Shown here: positions 41,481-53,129 of the stretch, one piece after another
How the letters are laid out: every line of letters begins with the position of its first letter
Numbering within the stretch: position 1 is the stretch's first letter
Source: Octopus sinensis
Taxonomy: Eukaryota
Direction: 5' to 3'
Length of the DNA: 64,000 nt
NCBI RefSeq assembly: GCF_006345805.1
Contig: NC_043019.1
Coordinates: forward strand, 6,757,360-6,821,359
The notes under the pieces: generated by a model
The model's input: only the letters and a program-made list of their open reading frames with translations
What the model was told of the DNA's origin: nothing
Database searches by the model: none
Position numbers and translations under genes: made by a program

Positions 41481-42192
41481 CAGTGACATCTGGCGCGTAG
41501 CATTCCGAAGAGAGATCAAAAGTGATTCTGTCTATAATAAAGCAAAAAACCCCCCAAAAAATAAATAAAAACAAATAATATGATAATGACTCAGAAATCC
41601 CATCGAAAGAATGGTACGTAATCTTGAATGCGAATCTCCCTTTGAGCAACCACCATCTACTTTAATTTCAAAGCGTTTGTACGTTTAAAGCTGCCAGTCA
41701 CTGGAATACGGCCATGCTGGTGCAGCGCCTGGAAAAAATGGTATCAATACAACTATTTAGTCTTTTCAGTCACATTGATAGGTTTTTAACTTTCATCTTT
41801 CACCGTTCACATGATTCTGTAGTCAGACGTTTGCCATTCTCTGGCTCCGCTTTCAAGAACTGCCTATGTATGTATGTATGTATGTATGTATGTATGTATG
41901 TATGTATCTATGTATGTATGTATGTATGTATGTATGTATGTATGTATGTACGTATGTATGTATGTATGTATGCATGTGTGTCTAGGCATGTATGTACGTG
42001 TGTATGTGTATAGATATTTATGTATGTAAATTCAATGAAAAGTGTTTGACCAGCCCTAGTTCTAGTGAAAGAACTCGCCCAAGGCGAGTTGAGAAGGTTG
42101 TTTGGTATTGCAGAGTTACGCCTGAATCTATATATCTATCTGTCTATCTACCTATATGTCTCTGTGTCTATCTAGGTATCTATCTATCGTGT

Positions 42193-42267
<75 letters not shown>

Positions 42268-42316
42268 TAGATAGATAGATATATGGATATACAGACAGAC
42301 AGACACATAGATACAT

Positions 42317-42349
<33 letters not shown>

Positions 42350-42918
42350 TATATATATATATATATATAGATAGATAGATAGATAGATAGATACATAGAT
42401 AGATAGATAGATAGGCAGACCGAACACGAAACAATAAATAGGGTAGCTGACGTTGCTGGAATTTGAACCTAGAGTACAGACAGGAAAATCATAACCATGC
42501 AAATTTTATTCAGAGGTTCATTAATTTATACTTAGAAACCTCGTCTGTGCCCGTCTGTGTTTGTGAGCGAGTGCGCCTGCGTCAGATGTGCGCTTGTCTT
42601 GTTTTATGTCTTCCACCATATCTAATAGATGTGTATATGCGCGTGTGTTTATGTGTGTTTTTATGTTTGTGTGTGTGTGTTATCGATTCAATGTAATCGT
42701 ACGTGACACTAATCGTTCTATGGGAAAGTAATCGAAAACATGTGCACACCTATGTGCATTTACCTGGAACATTAATTTACCTGGACACATTAATCATATT
42801 TTACAACTACAGCACAAACGCAAACAGAAACGAGAATAGAGCAGGCCACACTCATACAATTGCAAAATACGTTGAAATACATGCTGACACACAGACACAC
42901 ATGTAAAATGTAACAATA

Positions 42919-42949
<31 letters not shown>

Positions 42950-43739
42950 TATATATATATATATATATATGTATATACCAGAATATGTTTTTATTTCCAA
43001 TTAAAATAAAAACCATTTTACATTCGTCCATACAATCCCATTACTCTTATATAAAATGTTGTTAACAGTGACTCCGAATTTGCGGTATGCTAAATCAGAC
43101 ATACGTACGTACACACATACATACGTACGTACATGCATGCATATATACATACACACATGCATAATACATACATGTACGCATACACACATACAATGTATAT
43201 ATACTTACGGACATACATAATACATACATGCATAGATACATATATACAGACACATGCATATTACATAGAGACAGCATACGTATATAATATATACGTATAT
43301 AATACGTATATAATATATACATATATGCATACATACATTCATTCATAAATACATACATACATACACTCATACATACATACATAAATACATAGGCACATCT
43401 CACCAAGAACAAATAAAACACATACATCCACATACACAAACACACGAACATGGAAACACGGATATACGCATCGGCATAGAAGCTCGTACACACATGCCCA
43501 CGCCATACAGTTCCATCAACAGCCATTATCTCTCTTTGGTGAAGATGGAACAACGTCGAGAGACGATTACAAAGTCTTTTACAAATCATAAGTATATGGA
43601 ACTTTTCTTCATTGTATCACAGAAGTCACCTGCGTAAAATATAATTTTAATGGCATTACCCATAGATTACTATCTTGTGGTTTATATGTATCAACGTCAT
43701 AACGAGCTTGTATATATATATACATATATATATATATGT

Positions 43740-43784
<45 letters not shown>

Positions 43785-43924
43785 CATAAATAGAGAGAGA
43801 AAGAGAGAGAGAGAGAGAGAGCGATGAATAAACAGTGGTCTAGATTATGCAAAATAACACTGACATCTCAAATTTTAACAGATATATTTACCAAAATTAT
43901 CTTAAAATATTTTGAAATACAAAG

Positions 43925-44465
43925 CAGTAAATGTTTTCAATAAAATCGCCATTGGCTTCAACCACGGACTCCAAAGGAGTTCGAAATCTCTTGCAAGTTT
44001 CTGGCGGTCTGCTTGTTTAAGTTGAGCAATGCTGTGGTAATCGTTGCCTTCAGGTCATTTTTGGTGTTTTGTTGGTCCATACATAATAATCAAGGGGATT
44101 GCAGTCTGGGGGTTCAGGCAGCCAGATGTTAAGGGTAGTGTGGTCGCAAAAACTGTCTGACAGCCACGACTGGGTTCTCCTGCTGGTGTAGCATGGTGCA
44201 GAGTCCTGTTGCCAGACATAGTGTCTTCCAGCAGCCACTCTCTCGACCCAGAGCAGCGCTACCGTCTCCAGGCACTTGATGTAGGCCTCCGTGTTGACTC
44301 CGAGGCCGTCTGGGAAGACGAATGGAAGCTTAACGTCGACATCACTAGTGATCACTCGAAAGACAATGATGTTGACTGGCTCTTTGATTTTGTCACTCGG
44401 TACTCATCCTTTCGGAATCAACAAAGAAATTGCGCGTCGTTGGTTTCGTTGGTGAGCACTAGATA
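43925..44465 (-). pseudogene. DD37D (maT/Bmmar1-like) Tc1/mariner transposase remnant
   Basis: VWQQDSAPCYT...WLPEPPDCNPLDYYVW has 37 residues between the second and third catalytic D; after a frameshift it ends CKRFRTPLESVVEANGDFIE. Confidence 0.9.
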
Positions 44466-45996
44466 TGTTTTAACCTCAAATTGCTTCGTATATATAGATT
44501 TGTGAATCGTGTCAGGTCTTAATTCTGTTTCATTTTGTTCGTTACTTCTATTTATATTGTTTCCGATGTTTGTGAGGGCAGACAAGCCACTGCGTGTAAA
44601 TACTTGTCTCTGTTCTTGGTTTAGGAGCGTTTAGCAATAATTCATTTTTGTGAATTTATTTGGACCCAATTCAGATATCCTTTGATAGAATACACGACAG
44701 GACACAACAGATTATTAACCACTAACAAAAATAAGCGTCTATACAGTTGCTTCATATATGAAAAATATCATCAAATTTCCCTCCAAGAGTGTTTATTGAA
44801 TTTAGAGGTAAAAACAGCAATTTTGAAGAAGCGATATTGTTAATACCATCGTTCGCAATGCTCAACTCGTAGGAAGTTTTGTCGCACTTGAAGGGATAAA
44901 ATTCATTGTTGACTTTGTTGAGATTTGAACTGGGAACCAAAAGAGCCAGAACAATTACTGCATAGAATATTAATCGACACTGAAACGATTCTACCATCTT
45001 GCGGCATAACTTTGCTGCAAGTTATACTGAACGAGCCCAGCAGACATTCCTGAACGAAATATACAAAAGTAATATACGGCATGGTCTCGTTTGGAACCAC
45101 TAAATGCCAGCTTATTTGGGATGGTAATGATTCTAAAATGCATTTAGAAGAATTTTAGTGATACAAATTTTCAAACTACTCGACATCGGTTACATTTTCT
45201 TCAACATATTCCCTACAAGAATGGAATCCTAACAGGAACTCTCTGCTGAAATCTCAAGGGAACACTTATAAACCTTTATATCGATTCAAGGTTTGTCGGG
45301 AGCTTTACATTTTTGGTGAAGAGGCCAAAACCTGACCTCATACCGATTTGAAATCAGGAAATAAAAGATAAAGATGGAGTGAGAAACAGATATAAAAGTG
45401 AGAGAGAGTTCGATTCAGTTCGCTTTCAAACCTGATCGCAGCGATATGGTTAAGAATTGCGTATGTTATTTTATGGAATAAGCGAAAAACTATCAAATTG
45501 GTATCTTAGCAAATGCCGACAACAAAGAGGTGCAATATGAATAATACAATCTTATAGTAAGCAGAAACAATATTTAAACATTGATATGATAATGATAAAT
45601 TCTGTCATACTTTTGCTATGCGCCAATGGTATACATATATATGTATATCCAATCTCTCAGCGAAATTGGATCTAACGCAGTGGTCGTTGTGTAAGATTCG
45701 CTACTCATGTGTAAATATTACAGATGAGAATATATTGCATATTCTGTTGAAACGAAATAAATGTATCCGCCATATTTAATTGTAAATGTCAATGTCACTT
45801 GCAGTGGAATAATATTGGTAATTTTGTAGGACTGTGAGAGAGAGGGAGGGAGAGATGGTAAAGTAAACAGAGAATGGAGTAGAGAGAGTGAGTTGGAGGG
45901 GAGGGACGTGGGAGAGGATTGAAAGGGTGTGTTAGAGCTTATGTATTTAAGCTACTGAATAACTTGTCGCATATGCATACAATATATATACACACA

Positions 45997-46036
<40 letters not shown>

Positions 46037-46055
46037 ATATTTATATATATGTATA

Positions 46056-46142
<87 letters not shown>

Positions 46143-46149
46143 CACATAT

Positions 46150-46173
46150 AGATTGATAGATAGTCAGATAGGC

Positions 46174-46207
<34 letters not shown>

Positions 46208-46208
46208 T

Positions 46209-46244
<36 letters not shown>

Positions 46245-46300
46245 CAGAGAGTTAGATAGATAGACAGATAGATACATAGATATATAGATAGGTAGATAAA
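46150..46300. repeat. (GATA)n microsatellite
   Basis: Direct reading. Confidence 0.95.
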
Positions 46301-46737
46301 TATGTTTCTTTATTAGCCACACAGGGCTGGACACAGACGGGAGATATATAGATAGAAATAATTCTACTTGTATGTAACGAAGGATTCGATGGTGTGTCAA
46401 TAAACAGCAAGTGATTTTACAAGTAAGTTGTTTCTGAATTCGAACTTTCGGCAGGTTTCTGCAAATTCAGTTCCTTTTTAATTCCTCTTTTCCTTGTTGC
46501 CATCCATACAGTGGCTGAGTTGGTTTCTTCAATTACTATTTCTTCTCCTCCAAGCTGGTAGATTTAGGTAGGTGGATTAAACTTCCAACGAAGCCGAAAA
46601 CACAATTATTGTGTTATGTGCCAAAGAAACAAAAGGATTATGGTTGTTCCTCAACTCACACAATGTTTCCATATATATGCATTCGTGTACATCTGGCCCA
46701 CTACCAACGTCTGTCTTTCAATTTCTTTTTGTTTTGT

Positions 46738-46894
46738 TTTTGTTCTTTTCTTCCCTTTTACGATCCCTCTTGATCGAAAACCTACGCCACCCCTTTTTTT
46801 CTTTTGTTTTTTGTTCTCTTCATCCCCCAAAAGAAAAGCTCTACCTTGTAACTTGTCCCATCTGTGTGCAGCCCTGTGTGGCCAATAAAGAAAC
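46738..46894 (+). mobile_element. Tx1-like element, 3'UTR-only copy
   Basis: Homologous to 48095-48228 (AAAAGAAAAGCTCTACCTTGTAA...GCAGCCCT.TGTGGC.AATAAAGAAAC); followed by (TATC)n. Confidence 0.85.
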
Positions 46895-46895
46895 T

Positions 46896-46905
46896 TATCT
46901 ATCTG

Positions 46906-46986
<81 letters not shown>

Positions 46987-46998
46987 ATGTCTGTCTGT

Positions 46999-47072
<74 letters not shown>

Positions 47073-47090
47073 GTCTATCTATCTATCTCT
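46896..47090. repeat. (TATC)n array between the two Tx1-like copies
   Basis: Direct reading. Confidence 0.97.
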
Positions 47091-48228
47091 CCATGACAAC
47101 TGCAGTCGTGGATCAAAAAGAGGCCGAGGAAGGGCGAATGGCACCGCGAGTGTCGCGTTGCTCTCAAGCAACTCTGCCGTCCTGGGTCGACCTTGAGTGA
47201 CTTCAACACAACCAAAGCATTCTATAGGGGTTTAGTGGAGGGGAGGTACGACGACGAGCTCGGGGCGAACCTGGACGTCGACGAGGAGTACCTGACCCGC
47301 CTGTTCAGGACGACTTTCGGGCCAGGGCCCATGGACAACTTCCAGAGATCCCTGGCCTGGCAGGGCTACCGAGAAGCGCTACCCGTTCGGGATAAGCTCT
47401 ACAGACACGGCTCGAGAAACACGGGGCCGACCTGCCCGAGATGCGGTCAGAGCGACGAAACCGTTCTGCACGCACTCGTGCAGTGTCCAACAATTTCCGA
47501 CCTGTGGGCTTATGTCGAACAACTGCTGTCACGTGTGGGACAAGTCGGTTTATCAGCTGAGTCTATCGTCAATATTGTCACGCCTCCTTCCTTCAAACGG
47601 GAAGGAAGAGCTATTTTCATCATCCTTGTGGCTATGGCGAAAGAATGTATCTGGTGGACGCGTCTGAAAGGATTGGAGACAAACACTTTCCTCTCTGGTC
47701 CATCTCTCATCAACTTCTTCAAGTACCACTTGAAAAGGAAAGTGAGAGTAGAGAGGCAAGTTTTGTCTAGCGAATGTTTTAAAAAAAGATGGGTAAATGT
47801 AGCAAGAATGGCACGTATGAATGACGAAGCCACCTTGAGCATGATCCTATGAACCCAGAAATTGAAAACAGAGAGTTGCTTATTCGCAAAAAAAAAAAAA
47901 AGAAATATAACATGTGACTCCATTGACCGAGGTTACCGTGGTCTTTTTCGTAGGCTTTTCTTTCCACGGGTAAACCTCACCTGTCCTCCCCTTTACACTT
48001 CATATTGACATTTCTGTGATAACGATCCCTATTGATCAATTTAAAAAAAAATTTTTTTTTTCCTCTCCCCCTTTTTATTTAACCCCCCTTTTTTTGTCCT
48101 CTTTCTCTCCTTTTACGATCCCTTTTGATTGAAACTCCCCCTTCCTTTTTTTTTAAACCTTCAAAAGAAAAGCTCTACCTTGTAATTTGTTCTATCTGTG
48201 TGCAGCCCTCTGTGGCTAATAAAGAAAC
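47091..48228 (+). mobile_element. 5'-truncated L1/Tx1-type non-LTR retrotransposon (ORF2 C-terminus plus 3'UTR)
   Basis: Frame open from 47097 to 47852 (251 aa) with a CX2CX8HX4C knuckle (CPRCGQSDETVLHALVQC, zf-RVT type); AATAAA at 48218; (TATC)n on both sides. Confidence 0.9.
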
Positions 48229-48684
48229 ATATCTATCTATCTATCTATGTATCTGTCTGCTTTTGTCGCTATGTCTCTCTCTCTCTCCGTCCATCTTTCG
48301 ATCTATCTATCTATGCCAAGTACATTTTTGTCGCTTAACCAAACAGATTATCACAATGTATGACCCTAAAGATGACGATGACACAGAACATGATGTCCGC
48401 AACATAATATTATCAAACATGCTGAAGGGCACAAAATGTCGGGCCGCACCGGCGTCAATTATGGCAGAAACTAAAAAAAGAGAAAAAATAGAAAGGACAA
48501 AATACCAGAGAGAACATAGAAGTGTGCAATGCTTGATTGAAATAAAAAGTTTATATCTTTTCTGTTGTAAGTATACGACGTGAAATTTTCGAGGAAGAGG
48601 CAATTTGATTACACCGACTGTGGCACTCAAGTGGTATATAAACTGGGGACCCTGAAAGGTTAGAAGGAACTAACGATGTGCACT

Positions 48685-48689
<5 letters not shown>

Positions 48690-48723
<34 letters not shown>

Positions 48724-48968
48724 ATGAGAGAGACAAAGAAAGAAGGGGAGAGAGAGGAAGAGAGAGAGAACAAAGTACGTAGGTAAGTAGGTAAGTTGGG
48801 AGGTAGGTAGGCAGGTAGGCAATTAGCTTGGTAGTTGAATGAATGGATAGTTATAAAACTAGATAGGTAGACAAATAGGTATGAATCAGTTTATTTAGCT
48901 GTCTGTATACATACATACAGACATACACACACATACATACACACATATATTCACACAGACATACATAA

Positions 48969-49040
<72 letters not shown>

Positions 49041-49346
49041 GAGAGGAGAGAGAGAGAGAGAGACAGAATGAGAGAGACAAAGAAAGAAGGGGAGAGAGAG
49101 GAAGAGAGAGAGAACAAAGTACGTAGGTAAGTAGGTAAGTTGGGAGGTAGGTAGGCAGGTAGGCAATTAGCTTGGTAGTGAATGAATGGATAGTTATAAA
49201 ACTAGATAGGTAGACAAATAGGTATGAATCAGTTTATTAGCTGTCTGTATACATACATACAGACATACACACACATACATACACACATATATTCACACAG
49301 ACATACATAAATACATACATACATATTATATATAATTATATATAAT

Positions 49347-49379
<33 letters not shown>

Positions 49380-49390
49380 GAGAGAGAGAG
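48690..49390. repeat. 344-bp near-identical tandem duplication
   Basis: GACAGAATGAGAGAG at 48718 and 49062; non-microsatellite parts differ by about two single-base indels. Confidence 0.93.
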
Positions 49391-49559
49391 AGAGAGTAAG
49401 CAGGTATGTATGTAGGTAGGTAGGTACGTAGCTAGGTGAGTACGCAGGTAGGTAAAAAAATGGATAGATGAAAAATAAAAGAGATATGTAGACAGTCATG
49501 TAGGTACTTGTTTATGAAGCAATCTGTATGCACACGTACATACATACATGCAGACAGAC

Positions 49560-49567
49560 AGACAGAC

Positions 49568-49660
<93 letters not shown>

Positions 49661-49662
49661 CA
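49560..49662. repeat. (GATA)n microsatellite
   Basis: Direct reading. Confidence 0.95.
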
Positions 49663-50968
49663 ATGAGGGTTAGGTAGATAGGTAAATAGCTTGGTAGATA
49701 TATAGACGGATAGATATAACATTACAGATATATAGACAGAGAGGTATTTAAGCAAGTACATTAAATATATATTCGTTAAACATATATATATCCTTTCGTA
49801 TATACAGAGAGAAAGGCAAAGAGAGGTGGTGAGGTGTTGAGAGATGCGAGTGGAGGGGAACGAAGTAAGATTTGACATCAACAATGCAAAGTATAAAAGC
49901 TTATTTAATGTGGCTAATGTATTTATAAATGAGACAAGACTTTCAGATAAGATTTCTATTATTTAGAAAGCATTTAGTATTAATGGCTTACATGTTAAAA
50001 ACTGTTGACATCTTCGGGTGAAGGGGTGAGAAAGACAGAGAGAGAGAAAGGAAGGAGGAGGAGGTAGAATAGAAGAGAAAGATAGTTAGAGCGAGAGAGA
50101 GTGAGAGAGGAAGAGAGAGAGAGACAGAGATAATGGAATGGAATGCTTTAAAGAGAAAGTAGGAATCAGAATGAATAATTACATTTCGATTTGTCTTCGT
50201 ATGCATGAATGTGTGTGTATATATATATATATATATGCATGAACTGAGAAAGATAGATAGATATATAGATACTTAGTGAGAGGGTACCAGAAACTCAGGG
50301 AGACAATGAGACAAAAACAGCGAGAATGGATGAGAGGGGGAAAATGGGAGGCCAAGATCTTATAAAATGAAGAGAAAAAACAACATAATAACTGAGATAA
50401 ATGAGGAATAACTATCTCTCAAACGGAGAGAGAGAGGAAGGGAGAGAGAGAGGACGAGAGAGAGAGAGGACGAGAGAGAGAGAGAGGACGAGAGAGAGAG
50501 AGGACGAGAGAGAGAGAAAGGGCGAGAGAGAGAGAAAGGACGAGAGAGAGAGAGAGAGGGAGAGAGAGACTAAATTGCGATCCAAGTCCACTCAGACACA
50601 CACGCACATCGCTTGCCTGTCGCTATAAGGACTTCGTTTCTGTCTAAATGAGATGCAGTAAACGTTATTAGAGACGTGGTTGAATCCGAAAGACTTCGGG
50701 TAGAATGCTTTGCAGCATCACTTTAAAAAAAAGATTTTTTGGATTCTTGTCATACTGAGTTCAAATGCTGCCGGGGTTCAGTTTTGCCTGTCGTACCTCC
50801 GGAATCCATAGATTAAGTAACATTCAATTGCAGGGGTATTGTAAACGACAAACTGCTCACAAAATTGATAACCTTATGCCTAAATGTGAAATCTTCCTTC
50901 TCCTCCTCCTCCTCCTCATCATCATCATCATCGTCGACTTCATCATCGTCATCATCACCATTATTATT

Positions 50969-51180
50969 GGCGACGAGCTGGCACAGTACTTGGCACGCTG
51001 GGCAACATACCTAGCTGCGTTTCGTCTGTCTGCACACCCTGAGTTCGAATTCCGCCGTGGTCGACTTTGCATTTCATCCTTTCGGAGTCGATAAAATAAG
51101 TACCAGTTGTACACTGGAGTCGATGCGGTCCAGTTACCTCATCCCCGAAATTGTTGTCCATGTGCCAAAATTTGAAACCA
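50969..51180 (+). mobile_element. tRNA SINE family B, full length, followed by (ATT)n
   Basis: GGCGACGAGCTGGCAC head, GAGTTCGAATTCC B box, family B core, CCAAAATTTGAAACC end. Confidence 0.88.
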
Positions 51181-51189
51181 TTATTATTA

Positions 51190-51296
<107 letters not shown>

Positions 51297-51546
51297 CAGT
51301 AGTAGTAGTAGTAGTAGTAGTATTTTTATAGAAATCGCACAGTATAAAATATAGAGAGGCTGTTTATTGAAGTTATTGTGAATAGCGGGGGTCGATACTA
51401 TTTGTCAAGTCAAGGGCCTCGGACGATATGCGTCCAATGAGACCTATTGCGCATAACAATATCCCTCCAGTTGCAAGTAATGAAGAATTTTGAAATATTG
51501 TAGGGTATTAACTAAGGTTTTCAGATGTTTCTTTTTTTTTTTTCAG

Positions 51547-51631
51547 ATTGGGTGGTATTGAAGTCAGTGCCGCGATGACAATAGGGAAAACGTTTATGTT
51601 TGACTCTCGTAAGCTGCCAGACGAAATACAG
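51547..51631 (+). CDS. Candidate internal coding exon (85 nt) of an unidentified gene: xLGGIEVSAAMTIGKTFMFDSRKLPDEIQ
   Basis: Long poly-T tract with CAG acceptor, CAG|GTAAGC donor, exactly one open frame, non-repetitive sequence. Confidence 0.6.
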
Positions 51632-52527
51632 GTAAGCAATTCGCCCGGCGAATTTCTGCCAGATGGCAGCCTCATTTGAAGTCAATACTAACACATACTA
51701 ACTCTTTTGCTATTTCTGTAAATGGACTTTTATATCTATCCTCGCGGAATAAAGCACTGCAATCCCTGAGTATCACTCCAATGGCGTCAATTAGTTGTGG
51801 TTACTAGCGACAAAATAAATTTATATTTTTAGCTGCTGTTTTGGTTTCTATTCAACCGCCAGGTATCTGCAATTAGACTCGATTCTATATAGCACATCAT
51901 TATAATTAATTGGTATTGCTCTATCGGCAATTAGTATACTGTTGACATGGTTGTCATGGAAAAAATGGATTCTGGTAATTTGTCTGTATTGTTATCTTCA
52001 AACTCTGATACGATACGTTGTTATTTCCCATGAAAGGCGAGGATTCTTATAAATTCTGTAAAGTATTTTTCATCAGGAATTTGGTGTATTGCATACATAG
52101 AACGTCTCTGCTACTTTACGGTATCCAAGGGTTATATTGGTGGAGCTAGTGTCCGGCATATTAATGAATTGTGGGGTAGTAGCTGCAGAATTAACCGCCG
52201 AATAGAGGTGATATTTGTTCTTTAAGATTCCTGCCTTTTAATGTAAGAATACGTGTGATAGAAAATAGAGCCTGCAGAGAGATCCAGTGATTCTCAGGAT
52301 AGAAGACACCTAGTGGTGTTTGAATTATTCAAACTTGGAGTCCGATATCTTTACAGGGGATCGGTTCCAGTGGGGTAAAAATTGGTTATGTGATGAATCA
52401 GGTTGAGGCGATATGGGGGCAAATTATGCGGATAAACAAACTGAATATATCAGATCCAAAATATGTATACAAGTACACAGGCAAAATGAGAGAAAGCAAG
52501 GAGTGGAGACTTTCGGACGATGATTAT

Positions 52528-52847
52528 ATCGACCCCAGGACTTATTGTTTGTAAGCCTAGTACTTACTCTATCGGTCTCTCTTACCGAATCGTTAAGTGA
52601 CGGGTACCTAAACACACCAGCATCGGTTGTCAAGCGATGTTGGGGGACAAACATACACTTGCATACACATACAAACACACACACACACCCACATGTATAT
52701 ATGTATATATATATATATACATATATATATACATATATATGACGGGCTTCTTTCAGTTTCCGTCTACCAAATCCACTCACAAGGCTTGGTCGGTCTGAGG
52801 CTATAGTAGAAGACATGCCCAATGTGCCACGCAGTGGGACTGAACCC
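52528..52847 (-). mobile_element. CORE-type SINE (family A), both ends clipped
   Basis: TCGACCCCAGGACTTATT...CCACGCAGTGGGACTGAACC. Confidence 0.9.
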
Positions 52848-52849
52848 AA

Positions 52850-52944
<95 letters not shown>

Positions 52945-53066
52945 TTTATATTATGATGACTAATTTTGGGTTTTATATCTAAACAATCATTTATTACATT
53001 CATTCGCAAAGCTTTACACAAGCACACTAACTCACTCACCTACAAATTTTCACACACACACACACA

Positions 53067-53129
<63 letters not shown>

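Noticed and set aside
42056-42090. 8-bp hairpin AACTCGCC-CAA-GGCGAGTT near CTAG (Helitron 3' end-like)
   Set aside because: Neither CTAG is followed by the expected host T, and no 5' TC end or family context is identifiable.
44752-44997. ORF with LRR-like leucine spacing
   Set aside because: Spacing of 16 residues is too short for LRRs, and there is no continuation or exon boundary.
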